Shown here one piece after another: positions 1 through 9,518 of a stretch of 62,126 nt of DNA. The notes below the pieces were generated by a model. That model made no database searches, was not told the origin of the DNA, and saw only the letters and a list, made by a program, of their open reading frames with translations. Numbering within the stretch: the first letter of the stretch is position 1; the number at the start of each line of letters is the position of its first letter. Origin of the DNA: a virus (lineage: Duplodnaviria > Caudoviricetes); IMG/VR virus record IMGVR_UViG_3300045996_000468, positions 1 through 62,126 of that record. One strand, given 5' to 3'. The position numbers were made by a program, and so were the translations under genes.

Positions 1-126
1 AAGGCATGCACTGCATACGAATGAGCGCCAACAGGGCGCGGTGACACACAGCGAGACGCAAGAGAATGGCGCGAGAAAAACGATCAGGGACCGTAGCCCG
101 ACGCGGTCCATCGCGCCGAAACGCGG
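1..126. repeat. Terminal direct repeat, left copy (likely assembly circularisation overlap)
   Basis: 1-126 is identical to 62000-62125; base 127 (C) differs from base 62126 (G). Confidence 0.95.
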
Positions 127-190
127 CGCGAAATTCGCGTATATTGCGCCTTGAAATTCCAGCGTTTTTCTATCTTTAGGGGCCAAAAGG

Positions 191-460
191 ATGCTTGGTT
201 TTACGCTGAAAGTCGAAATGATCGCCGGCATGTCTATTCAGGACGCCGCGCGCGATCTGGTGGCGATGGCGAAGAAACTCGACTGCGCCGTCGAAGCCCG
301 TTTCAACTATGTGCATGTCGTCGCTTTCCCGAATGATGACGCGGCCGATCTGGCGGCGGCCTATTGGCATGAGAATGAAACCGCGACGCTGGAAAATCCC
401 GGCGTTGCTCACGCGGCGGCCGCGCGCGTTCGTCGGCAGAAGCGCGGTGTTCAGCCATGA
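191..460 (+). CDS. Hypothetical protein
   Basis: ATG with AAAAGG upstream; first of a run of small overlapping + strand ORFs. Confidence 0.55.
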   Translation: MLGFTLKVEMIAGMSIQDAARDLVAMAKKLDCAVEARFNYVHVVAFPNDDAADLAAAYWHENETATLENPGVAHAAAARVRRQKRGVQP

Positions 461-632
461 TCGGCAAATCCAGATCAATGACGCTCGCACTTGCTGCGGC
501 AATAGCGGCGGCGCAAATGCCGATGACGCCGCCCGTTGTTAGTCCGGTGGCGAAGCGAAAGGCGAAAGCCGCCAAGATCGACCGCATCAGGATCGCTCGC
601 CCAAAGCGATATCTTGTGAAGGGGCTGCGGCC

Positions 633-845
633 ATGAGCGGCAAGACGCAAGTCGCTGTCACGCCGGGCGGCGCGAAGATGATGCGCCAAGCGCACAAGCA
701 AAACCTGAAGGCGCTGAAGTTCATGCACCGGGACGACGAAGCGCTGCGCCTTGAGCGGCAGAAGCGCGCGGCGCGATTGTCGGAAGCGCTGAAGAAACGC
801 GATCAGGCGCGGAGCATGACGCGCGGGCGGACGGGTGACGTGTGA
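633..845 (+). CDS. Hypothetical basic protein
   Basis: ATGA/TGATG-type coupling to neighbours; ends RGRTGDV like the next ORF. Confidence 0.55.
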   Translation: MSGKTQVAVTPGGAKMMRQAHKQNLKALKFMHRDDEALRLERQKRAARLSEALKKRDQARSMTRGRTGDV

Positions 846-1024
846 TGACGCCGAAGGAACAATACGAAGCGCGCAAAGCGGAGCGCGACAAGTTGAGAAA
901 TATGGAATTTGAATTCAAGCAGCGCACCGAAACACTGATGCTGCTCGATATGCTCGATCGCTTTGTGACGGCGGCCGAACGCATCGCAGACGCGCTGGAG
1001 CGCGGCCGAACGGGTGACGTATGA
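842..1024 (+). CDS. Hypothetical coiled-coil protein
   Basis: Start/stop overlaps on both sides; flanked by 25-nt near-direct repeats. Confidence 0.6.
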   Translation: MMTPKEQYEARKAERDKLRNMEFEFKQRTETLMLLDMLDRFVTAAERIADALERGRTGDV

Positions 1025-1278
1025 ATGTGCGCGCGGATGATCCGCTGGAATTGATGATTTCCGACGCGCTTGATGCTGCCGGCGTGGCGTTCATTCGTGA
1101 GCGTGACAACCGCGACCAGCGTCTCGACTTCTATTTGCCGGGGCCGGGCGTCTATATCGAGTGCAAGCAGTTTCACAGCGAGCGCATCAGCGATCAGATT
1201 AGGCCGTTTGCGAATGTGATCGTTATCCAAGGCCGAACGGCCGCTGAGACATTTTGCAAGATGATCGCTCGAAGATGA
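1021..1278 (+). CDS. Small PD-(D/E)xK nuclease-like protein
   Basis: LDFYLP...VYIECK resembles the PD-(D/E)xK catalytic signature. Confidence 0.55.
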   Translation: MNVRADDPLELMISDALDAAGVAFIRERDNRDQRLDFYLPGPGVYIECKQFHSERISDQIRPFANVIVIQGRTAAETFCKMIARR

Positions 1279-1527
1279 CAAAGCCGCTTCCGTACTACTG
1301 CGACGATTGGGATTGCCCGGCGCGCGTGTCGTGCAAGCACGCTTTCGTGCGACAGAAAGAATATGCGGAAATGAAAGACGGCGGATATCGGCTGTCGTCG
1401 GTTGAGGCGGATGGTTTTTATGATCGCAGGCTTCGCAATGACTGCGATCGATACGAACTCGACAAGCCGAAGCCGCATCTTGCGACGTGGTTTGGAATGG
1501 ACTTGATCAACAAAAGGGCGAACTGAC

Positions 1528-1830
1528 ATGCGGGGGCGTGTGATGGCCGCGATCGCGGCAACGTTAATGTTCGGGCAGATTGCTTTTGCTCACGAAGACA
1601 CCGACGACGAAGGCGGCAAGACTGCGTTCGATCCATGGTGCTGCAATCACGAAGACTGCAAGCGCGTGAAGGACAGCGATCTGTTGACGATCGCCAGCGG
1701 CGCAATCATCCATGTGCCGACTGGCGCGATCTTCAAGCGCGATAACTTCCGCATGTCGACGAACAAGCACCAATACGTTTGCATCCCGCGCGGTGAACCG
1801 CGCTGCGTGTATCTTCGGGCGGGGACTTGA
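1528..1830 (+). CDS. Secreted cysteine-rich hypothetical protein
   Basis: Signal-peptide-like N-terminus ending AFA-H; WCCxxxDC...C...C cysteine pattern. Confidence 0.65.
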   Translation: MRGRVMAAIAATLMFGQIAFAHEDTDDEGGKTAFDPWCCNHEDCKRVKDSDLLTIASGAIIHVPTGAIFKRDNFRMSTNKHQYVCIPRGEPRCVYLRAGT

Positions 1831-2357
1831 TGGCGAAGAAAGCGAAGGCGAAGGCCGCGCCGAAGTTGGCGGGGCTGATCGTGCCGTTGCAGACGCTTGC
1901 GAAGCTTATGGGTGTGACGCCGGCCCGCGTGCACCAACTTGAGCGCGAAGGCATCATCGTCAAGCTTGGTCGCGATCAATACGACGCGCTCGACTGCCTG
2001 CCTCGCTTCATCGCCTATGTGCGCGAAGAGAATAAGCGCAACACGAAGGGAGAGGCGGCGAAGAAAGTTCACGACGTTAAGGCGCGCGAAATCGAAATCC
2101 GGATCGCGAAGGAAGAGGGGCGGCTGATCGACTTGGAAGACGTGGAAGCCGTCATGTCGGAAACATACGGCGCATTCCGATCTGAAATGGACGGACTGCC
2201 GGCGGCGTTCACGCGTGATCTTGATCAGCGCGAAAAACTCGAAAGACTTATTCATGGTTCGTTTGATCGCGTCCGAAGACGGCTTGACGAAGCGAAAGCG
2301 GATAATTTCAGCGGTGAAGACAGCAGCGCTGTGGAAGCCGAAGAAACAAACGCCTGA
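1830..2357 (+). CDS. terS: Terminase small subunit (lambda Nu1-like)
   Basis: N-terminal wHTH (LAKLMGVTPARVHQLEREG...YDALDC), coiled coil, KEEGRLID motif; directly upstream of the large terminase. Confidence 0.88.
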   Translation: MAKKAKAKAAPKLAGLIVPLQTLAKLMGVTPARVHQLEREGIIVKLGRDQYDALDCLPRFIAYVREENKRNTKGEAAKKVHDVKAREIEIRIAKEEGRLIDLEDVEAVMSETYGAFRSEMDGLPAAFTRDLDQREKLERLIHGSFDRVRRRLDEAKADNFSGEDSSAVEAEETNA

Positions 2358-4350
2358 TCAATGGGCGCGTGAAAACCGCATCTATGGCCCGGCGACAGGT
2401 TGGCCGGGGCCGCGTGAACCGTCGATCGCGCCTTACAACATTCCGTTCGCGCGCGCGATGGCGACGGGTATGCACGACGGCCGGCGCTACTCGATCGCGG
2501 TTCTGTGCGAGGCGGCGCAGGGCGGCAAGACTGAAGCGATCATGGATGCGATAGGCGAGCGGATGGATAACCGCCCGGCGAATATGCTCTATGTCGGGCC
2601 GTCCGAACTGTTCAACAAACAGCAGTTCGAACCGCGCTTCAATGATCTGGTCAGCGAGGCGCGCTCGCTTCGCCGCAAGATGATCGGCGGAAGCCCGGAT
2701 AGCAAAAAGCAAACCAAGACGCTGAAGCGCTTCGCTGGCGGCCGCCTGCGCCTCGCACACGCCGGATCATCGATGCAATTGAAGAGCGATCCGGCCGCGA
2801 TCGCGTTCGTCGACGAATACGACGAAATGCTCGCCAACGTGAAAAAGCAGGGCGATCCGCTCGGGCTGGTCACGGCGCGCGGCGATACGTTCGCGGACTT
2901 CATAACCGGCGTCACGTCAACGCCATCGGTGGGCATGGTGGAAACCGAACAAGACAAGGCGAGCGGCCTTTGGTTTTGGAAGATTGCCGATCCGGAAGAT
3001 ATCAAGTCGCCCATATGGCGACTGTGGCAAAGCGGCACGCGTCATCATTGGTGCTGGCCGTGCCTGCACTGCGATCGCTACTTCGTCGTGCGCGCCGATC
3101 TGCTGTCCTATCCGGAAGGTGCCACGCCAGCGCAGGCGTCGCGCAACACGCATGTTGCCTGCCCGAACTGCGGCGGCTTGCATGACGAAGGCGACAAGCC
3201 GGCGCTGAACGCGCGCGGGCGATACGTTGCGCCGGGGCAAACGATCGACGTGGACGGCGTTGTGACGGGCGATGCGGCCGACGTATCAACGCTGTCGTTT
3301 TGGGCGAGCGGGCTGGCGTCGCCGTTCGTCACCTTTGGCAAGCGCGTCGAAACGTATCTGACCGCGATCAAGTCGCGCGAAAGCGACAAGATGCAAACCG
3401 CCGTCAACTCGCAATATGGCGAGCTATTCGTCGAAGCCGGCGGCGATCTGCCGCCATGGGAAGAGATCATGCGGCGGCGCTCGCCGTACAAGAGCGAACA
3501 AATCCCGGCCGGGGCGCGCTGGCTCACGTGCGGGATTGACGTGCAGAAAAACCGGCTGGTGTTCGTCGTGCGCGCGTGGGGCCGGCGGGCGTCGTCTTGG
3601 CTGGTGAAGTTCGGGGAATTGCACGGCGACACGACCGGCGTCGACGTTTGGAATGACCTTCGCGCCTTTCTCGCGCAGCCGATCGGCGGCAAGCTGATCA
3701 AGATTGCCTTCATCGACAGCGGCTTCCGGCCCGGCAAGCGCTTCAATGTCCCGGTGCACGCGGTCTATGCCTTCGCCCGTATGCACAGGCGATTTGTGTA
3801 CGCGACGAAAGGCTCGTCGACGCCGCTTGTGCGGCCGATCGTGCAATCGAAGATCGAAGTCAAGACTTCCGGCAAGTTGGAAAAGTACGGGCTCGATCTG
3901 ATGCGTCTTGATCCTGATCACTGGAAAAGTTTTGTTCATGAGCGGCTTGGTTGGCCGCAAGAGCAAGATGGCGCGTGGTTATATCCCGACGACGTCACCG
4001 AACACTACTGCAAGGCGCTGGTCGCAGAAGTGCGCATCATCGATCCGAACGGCAAACCGAAATGGATTGAGCGCTCGAAGGAAAATCACTTCCTCGATGC
4101 GGAAGCACTAGCGGCGGCGGCAGCAAATCTGTTAAACGCTCAATATCTCGGTGGTCGAAAGACTGGGGCGGGGGCGATTGCCGAGAGTGTCGCGCGTGAT
4201 CCGGATCGTGAGGCGGTGACGGTGGAAGAGGGGACGCCGCTGTTGCCGCCTCCATCGAACGACGAAGCGGAAGCGCAGCCAAGGCCGACGCCGCCGCCCG
4301 TAAAGAAGAAACGATCATTTGCGGATTTAGCTCGTAAGCTGAACCGCTGA
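2215..4350 (+). CDS. terL: Terminase large subunit (lambda gpA family); true start may be ATG 2254
   Basis: Walker A AAQGGKT, Walker B FVDEYD, TSTP motif, CxxC pairs, GIDVQ, IDSG and ENHFLD nuclease motifs. Confidence 0.96.
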   Translation: MILISAKNSKDLFMVRLIASEDGLTKRKRIISAVKTAALWKPKKQTPDQWARENRIYGPATGWPGPREPSIAPYNIPFARAMATGMHDGRRYSIAVLCEAAQGGKTEAIMDAIGERMDNRPANMLYVGPSELFNKQQFEPRFNDLVSEARSLRRKMIGGSPDSKKQTKTLKRFAGGRLRLAHAGSSMQLKSDPAAIAFVDEYDEMLANVKKQGDPLGLVTARGDTFADFITGVTSTPSVGMVETEQDKASGLWFWKIADPEDIKSPIWRLWQSGTRHHWCWPCLHCDRYFVVRADLLSYPEGATPAQASRNTHVACPNCGGLHDEGDKPALNARGRYVAPGQTIDVDGVVTGDAADVSTLSFWASGLASPFVTFGKRVETYLTAIKSRESDKMQTAVNSQYGELFVEAGGDLPPWEEIMRRRSPYKSEQIPAGARWLTCGIDVQKNRLVFVVRAWGRRASSWLVKFGELHGDTTGVDVWNDLRAFLAQPIGGKLIKIAFIDSGFRPGKRFNVPVHAVYAFARMHRRFVYATKGSSTPLVRPIVQSKIEVKTSGKLEKYGLDLMRLDPDHWKSFVHERLGWPQEQDGAWLYPDDVTEHYCKALVAEVRIIDPNGKPKWIERSKENHFLDAEALAAAAANLLNAQYLGGRKTGAGAIAESVARDPDREAVTVEEGTPLLPPPSNDEAEAQPRPTPPPVKKKRSFADLARKLNR

Positions 4351-4369
4351 CGATCTTGGGGGCACGAAG

Positions 4370-5995
4370 TTGGGGAAAGTTGCGGCGAAGCGCGGGGGCG
4401 CTTCACGATCGACGGCAACGACCAAGGCGCGGACGAACACGTCTGCGCCTTTAGCGCGTCCGACGACAGCCGACATTGCCACAGCACCGCGCGTCAAGTC
4501 GCAGTATATGCGCGGCGATCGGCATTCGGTCTTTCACGGCTGGAACCCCACACTGCGCCTTGAGCGCGACGACGTTCTCGCAAGCTACGTGAAGGCGGCC
4601 GCGCGCGCGATCGACATTGCGCAAAACCAAGGCTTCATAGCCGGCGGCCTTGAACAAGCCGCAGTGAACATGATGGGCACCGGCTTGCGCTGCTCGCCCA
4701 AGCCCGACGCTGCGGCGCTTGGCTGGTCGCAGGATCAAGCCGACAAGTGGGCGAACGACGTTGCTCGCCGCTTCGAAGCTTACGCGGCTTGTCCCGGCGA
4801 ATGCGACGCCGCAGAAACAAGCACGCTGCATCAACTCGCGCGCGGCGGCATTGACACCTTTTTCAGCCATGGTGAGCAATTGGCGCTGTTGCCGCGCTTG
4901 CCCAACATTGGCGGTGCAATGACGACCGTGCGCGTCAAGATGCTGCCGCCGCATTTGCTCGTTCAGGACAACAACGAAGAGCAAGGCTTGCGGCAAGGCG
5001 TGTTCGAAAACGTGTGGGGCGCGCCGGTCGCCTATAAGATGGATTTATCGAACGGCCGCCGCCTGCCCGATATCATTCCGCGCTTCGACGACGCGCGCCG
5101 CTTGCAGGTTTTCCACTCGCACAATGGCAAGATCGGATCGCCGCGCGGGATCACGCCGTTCGCGCCCGCGCTGCAAGTCGTCAAGCGCCTCGATCAGCTT
5201 TCCGACGCGACGCTGTCGGCCGCGCTGATACAAGCGATCTTCGCCGCCACCGTGAAGAGCAAGGCACCGTCCGAAGACTTGCTTCGCGCGTTGCAGGATG
5301 ATGACGAGCAAGGCGTCGCCGGTTCGTCGCTCGCGTCACTCATGGAAATGAAGGGCGAGTATTACGAGAATTCGAACCTTGACGTGGGCAACAACGGCAA
5401 GATCGCGCATCTGTTTCCCGACGAAGAGTTGACGTTTCACGGTTCGCAGACGCCGAACGATAACTATGAAGCCTTCACGAAGATGCTGTTGCGCGAAATC
5501 GCGCGCTGTCTCGGGCTCACGTTCGAAGAGTTGACCGGCGACTTCACCGCCGCGACGTATTCAAGCGTGCGCATGGCAACGTCAGTGATCTGGCCTATCG
5601 TGATGGCGCGCCGCGAAGTCATTCCCGCGCGCCTCTATCAGGCGGTGTACGAAGCTTGGCTCGAAGACATGATCGTGGCGAACGTCATCGCGTTTCCCGG
5701 CGGCGCGTTCGGCTTCTATGCGAACAAGCTTGCGGCGTGCGGTTGCTACTGGCGCGGCCCGGCGAAGCCACAAGCCGACGATCTGAAGGCGGCGAAGGCG
5801 TACCACGAATATAAATCGATGGGCATCATGTCCGACGAACGCATCGCCGCCGAACTCGGCTTCGACATTGAAGACGAGTACGATCAGCGCAAGAAAGAAC
5901 TCGAAATGCGCAAGGCGCGCGGTTTGCCTGAGCATGACACGATGGCCGAACCTGATCCGGTTGGCGATGCGCTTGTCTCACGTGAGGGCGCGTGA
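4370..5995 (+). CDS. Portal protein, lambda family
   Basis: GTGLR, RGITPFAP, LTGDF...TYSSVR, W.GP...D.LK motifs; follows terL. Confidence 0.94.
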   Translation: MGKVAAKRGGASRSTATTKARTNTSAPLARPTTADIATAPRVKSQYMRGDRHSVFHGWNPTLRLERDDVLASYVKAAARAIDIAQNQGFIAGGLEQAAVNMMGTGLRCSPKPDAAALGWSQDQADKWANDVARRFEAYAACPGECDAAETSTLHQLARGGIDTFFSHGEQLALLPRLPNIGGAMTTVRVKMLPPHLLVQDNNEEQGLRQGVFENVWGAPVAYKMDLSNGRRLPDIIPRFDDARRLQVFHSHNGKIGSPRGITPFAPALQVVKRLDQLSDATLSAALIQAIFAATVKSKAPSEDLLRALQDDDEQGVAGSSLASLMEMKGEYYENSNLDVGNNGKIAHLFPDEELTFHGSQTPNDNYEAFTKMLLREIARCLGLTFEELTGDFTAATYSSVRMATSVIWPIVMARREVIPARLYQAVYEAWLEDMIVANVIAFPGGAFGFYANKLAACGCYWRGPAKPQADDLKAAKAYHEYKSMGIMSDERIAAELGFDIEDEYDQRKKELEMRKARGLPEHDTMAEPDPVGDALVSREGA

Positions 5996-6258
5996 TGGTC
6001 GACTGGACCGCATTGACGCCGTGTCAACTCGCTGCCGCGCTCAAGCAGGCTTACTATGATCTGCTGACCGGGCAGAAAGAGGAAGTCGTTCGCGCGCGCG
6101 GGCCGAACGCGGAAGACGAAGTCAAGTTCACGAAGGCGAACATCAACGATCTATGGGCGCAGTACGTCGCCGCGCAAGCGGAGTGCGATGGCGCTGGCGT
6201 TGATAGCCCGACGCGGCGGCGCGCGTTTCGCCTTGGCTCGCGGCAAAGGTCAAGCTGA
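5992..6258 (+). CDS. Head-tail joining protein (gpW-like)
   Basis: LKQAYYDLLTG...VKFTKANI...RRRA pattern typical of gpW. Confidence 0.78.
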   Translation: MMVDWTALTPCQLAAALKQAYYDLLTGQKEEVVRARGPNAEDEVKFTKANINDLWAQYVAAQAECDGAGVDSPTRRRAFRLGSRQRSS

Positions 6259-6260
6259 AC

Positions 6261-7610
6261 ATGACTGACGAACGCGCACGCGCACTGTCGTACATTGCCA
6301 ACGCGCTGCAAGCGCCCCTGGCGATCATGCCGGAAAAGCTGGCGGTCATCTTCGGCGTTCTCGAAGGCCGCATCGGCGTCGACGCATCCGACATGCAAAC
6401 GCTGGTCGACGAACGCTTGCTTGCCTACGTGACCAAGCCGAAGTCAAACCGCTTCGTCGGTGACGTTGAATTGGCCGATCCGACGAAGCCTTACGGCAAG
6501 ATCAAGCCGTATCGCACGCAAGCCGGCACGGCGATCATCAACGTTGTCGGCAGTCTCGTTAATCGCGGCGCATGGGTTGGCTCGAAGAGCGGAATGACAA
6601 GCTATGAAGGCTTGACGCATCAGCTTCAGACGGCCGCGCGCGATCCGTCCATCAAGTCGATCGTTCTCGATATCGATAGTCCCGGCGGCGAAGCGGTCGG
6701 CGCGTTCGAAGTCGGCGCGCTGGTCGCGGAAGTGAACAAGACGAAGCGCGTCGTCGCGCACGTCAACGGGCTGTGCTGTTCGGCCGCTTACGCAATCGCG
6801 TCCGGTGCATCGCGGATCGAGGCAACCTCGACAAGCATCGTCGGCTCGATCGGCGTTGTCATGTCGCACTTCGATCAAAGCGCGCGCATTCACCAAATGG
6901 GCATCAAGCCGACGCTGATCTTCGCGGGCGCGCACAAGGTCGACGGCAATCCTCTTGAACCGCTTTCGGCTGAAACGAAGGCGCGCATGCAAGAGGAAGT
7001 GAACAAGTTCTATGAAAAGTTCGTGCAGCAAGTCGTGTCGGGCCGCAAGGCTGCGGGCATGACTGCGAAAATGGTGCGCGATACGGAAGCCCGCACGTAT
7101 GTCGGCAGCGACGCGGTGTCACTGAAACTTGTCGACGCAATCGCAACGTTTGATGCAACGCTTGGCGGCATTCATCGCCGCAGCAAAACGGGGATGACCA
7201 TGGAACCAATCTTCACGCAGGCACAGCACGATCAGCTTGTCGCTTCCGCTGTCGCGAACGCTCGCACTGAGGCAACCGCCGCAGAAGCGACGCGCCTTTC
7301 GACGGAGCATGCGGCCGCGATCGCCGCCGCGCGGATCGAGGGCGCAACGGCCGAACGCCAGCGCATCAATGCCATTCTCGGCATGGATGAAGCGCAGGGC
7401 CGTGAGGCGATGGCGCGCACGATCGCGACGACGACTTCGCTTTCGGTCGACGAAGCCAAGCCGCTGCTCGCCGCCGCGCCGAAGGCCGCGCCCGCCGCCG
7501 GCGGCCCGGTGCCGGGTATCCAGTTCGGTGCGAACTCCGCGCCGCCGAAGGTCAACGCCGCATCGATTTGGGACGATGCGCGCAAGGAAGCGAACGAGCG
7601 TTCGAAGTAA
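6261..7610 (+). CDS. S49 prohead protease with C-terminal scaffold (lambda gpC/Nu3-like)
   Basis: LDIDSPGG, CSAAYAIAS, VGSIGV motifs; C-terminal ATAERQRINAIL scaffold motif. Confidence 0.94.
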   Translation: MTDERARALSYIANALQAPLAIMPEKLAVIFGVLEGRIGVDASDMQTLVDERLLAYVTKPKSNRFVGDVELADPTKPYGKIKPYRTQAGTAIINVVGSLVNRGAWVGSKSGMTSYEGLTHQLQTAARDPSIKSIVLDIDSPGGEAVGAFEVGALVAEVNKTKRVVAHVNGLCCSAAYAIASGASRIEATSTSIVGSIGVVMSHFDQSARIHQMGIKPTLIFAGAHKVDGNPLEPLSAETKARMQEEVNKFYEKFVQQVVSGRKAAGMTAKMVRDTEARTYVGSDAVSLKLVDAIATFDATLGGIHRRSKTGMTMEPIFTQAQHDQLVASAVANARTEATAAEATRLSTEHAAAIAAARIEGATAERQRINAILGMDEAQGREAMARTIATTTSLSVDEAKPLLAAAPKAAPAAGGPVPGIQFGANSAPPKVNAASIWDDARKEANERSK

Positions 7611-7675
7611 CAGCAGGGCGCAAGGGCTAATCGCCAGAACGACGAAAAGACACACCAACACACAAGGGGACTAAA

Positions 7676-8368
7676 ATGGTCGCTACTGTTTTCTCTGAGA
7701 CCCTGCACGACGGCGCTTTCATCGTGCAGGAAGGTCCGGGCTTCTACAGCCGGGACAGCCTGACCGTCGCAGCGTCGCAGACGCTTACGCCGGGCGAAGT
7801 CTGCGGCATTGCGCTCACTGCCGCGCTCGCCACCGCTGGCGCAACGGCGTCGGTTGCTGCTGAAGCAACCAACACCGGCAACGGCGTCTTCACGATCGAT
7901 CCGACGAACCCGGTTCTGGCCGATGGCAAGAATGGCGTCTATCGCGTCGTGTGTATCGAAACGAACGCCAACCTCGGCACGTTCGAAGTGTTCGATCCGG
8001 CTGGCGTGTCGATCGGCCGCTACATCGTCGGCGCTGCCGCGTTCTCCAGCCAAATCAAGTTCACGATCGCGGACGGCGCGACGGACTTCGTTGCCGGCGA
8101 CGCGTTCAGCGTCACCGTTGGCGTCGAATGGGGCACCGATCGTCATGCGAAGGCGCTCGACACCGCCGGCACCGATGGTTCGCAGACGGCCGCGTGCATC
8201 GCGTTCGGCTCGACGACGACGGGCGTTGGCGAGACTGCCAAGGCGACGTTCATCACCCGCAACGCTGAAGTGCGCGCTTCCGATCTGACGTGGCCGGGCG
8301 GCATCACCGCCGCGCAAAAGGCTGCGGCGATCGAGCAGCTTCGCGGCGTCGGCATCATCCTGCGCTGA
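7676..8368 (+). CDS. Head decoration protein (gpD/HDPD-like) with internal beta-rich insertion
   Basis: YSRDSLT...GEV.G, DGSQTA, AEV...L.WP, L...GIILR; strong RBS; between protease and capsid genes. Confidence 0.88.
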   Translation: MVATVFSETLHDGAFIVQEGPGFYSRDSLTVAASQTLTPGEVCGIALTAALATAGATASVAAEATNTGNGVFTIDPTNPVLADGKNGVYRVVCIETNANLGTFEVFDPAGVSIGRYIVGAAAFSSQIKFTIADGATDFVAGDAFSVTVGVEWGTDRHAKALDTAGTDGSQTAACIAFGSTTTGVGETAKATFITRNAEVRASDLTWPGGITAAQKAAAIEQLRGVGIILR

Positions 8369-8438
8369 TACGTCAGCGCAGACACCATCAATCGGGGCAA
8401 ACGAGCGTTAGGACGCTCAAAAGGGGAAAGACACTACA

Positions 8439-9491
8439 ATGCTCGGCATGAACGTTTTCAACGCAAACGCGTTTCAGCCCGTCGAAATGCTCGCTTCACT
8501 GCGGCGGATCGACTACCGGCCAAGCTTCCTTTCGGGGCTGGCCGGTTTGATCCGGCCCGTGCCGGTTCGCACTGAACACGTGTTCATCGAACAGTCTTCG
8601 CGCGGCTTCCAGATCGTTCCGTTCTCGCCGCGTGGCGCACCGCCGAACCAAGTCGGCGGCGATCTGCGCAACGCGCGCGGTTATCAGACGCTCCGCTTCG
8701 CGGAAGCGTCGCGCATCACCGCTTCCGAACTCTCATTCGTGCGCGAGGAAGGCGAGGAAAACATGGTGAAGGCGGTCGCGACGGAAGTCGCGGCACGTCA
8801 GAACAAAGTCGTGCAGGACATGCAGATCACGAAGGAATATCACCTTCTCAATCTGGTCACGCAGGCGAAAGTGATCGACAGCGACGGCACCACCGTCAAG
8901 TACGATTGGGCGAGCGAATTCAGCTTGTCCATCCCGGCCGAAGTCGACTTCGACCTCGACAACGCAACGCCGGCTTCGGGCGCGCTGCGCAAGAAGTGCA
9001 CCGCCGTTCGTCGCTCGATCGAAATCGCGCTGAAGATGGGCCGCGACGCTGCGGCGCAGGGCGTGCGCATCGTCGGCCTGTGCGGCGATGCGTTTTGGGA
9101 TGATCTGACGGCGCACCCGGAAGTCGAAAAGACGTATCTGAACTGGCAGGCGGCCGCTGATCTGCGCAACGATCACGGCGGCGCATGGCGCACGTTCCGC
9201 TATGGTTCGCTTGAGTTTGTGAACTATCGAGGCACCGATGCCGGCGCGACCGGCGCTTCACTGTCGATCAACACCGATAAGTGCAAGTTCTTCCCGGTCG
9301 GCACTGGCATTTTCCAGCATGCCATGTCGCCCGGCGAGACGTTCCAAGATATCGGGCGTCCCGGTCAAGAGTGGTACTCGATGATCGTGCGCGACAAGGA
9401 TCGCGACATGTGGGCGGACGTGGAAATGTATTCGTATCCGCTCTTCGTCTGCACGCATCCGAACGCGCTCTATCAGGCGCGCCGCACCTAA
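8439..9491 (+). CDS. Major capsid protein (lambda gpE family)
   Basis: SPRGAP, LCGDAFWDDL.AHPEV, F.NYRG, C-terminal SYPL.VCT.P..L. Confidence 0.95.
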   Translation: MLGMNVFNANAFQPVEMLASLRRIDYRPSFLSGLAGLIRPVPVRTEHVFIEQSSRGFQIVPFSPRGAPPNQVGGDLRNARGYQTLRFAEASRITASELSFVREEGEENMVKAVATEVAARQNKVVQDMQITKEYHLLNLVTQAKVIDSDGTTVKYDWASEFSLSIPAEVDFDLDNATPASGALRKKCTAVRRSIEIALKMGRDAAAQGVRIVGLCGDAFWDDLTAHPEVEKTYLNWQAAADLRNDHGGAWRTFRYGSLEFVNYRGTDAGATGASLSINTDKCKFFPVGTGIFQHAMSPGETFQDIGRPGQEWYSMIVRDKDRDMWADVEMYSYPLFVCTHPNALYQARRT

Positions 9492-9518
9492 TCGGTCGGC
9501 GCTACTTAGGGGCGGGCG

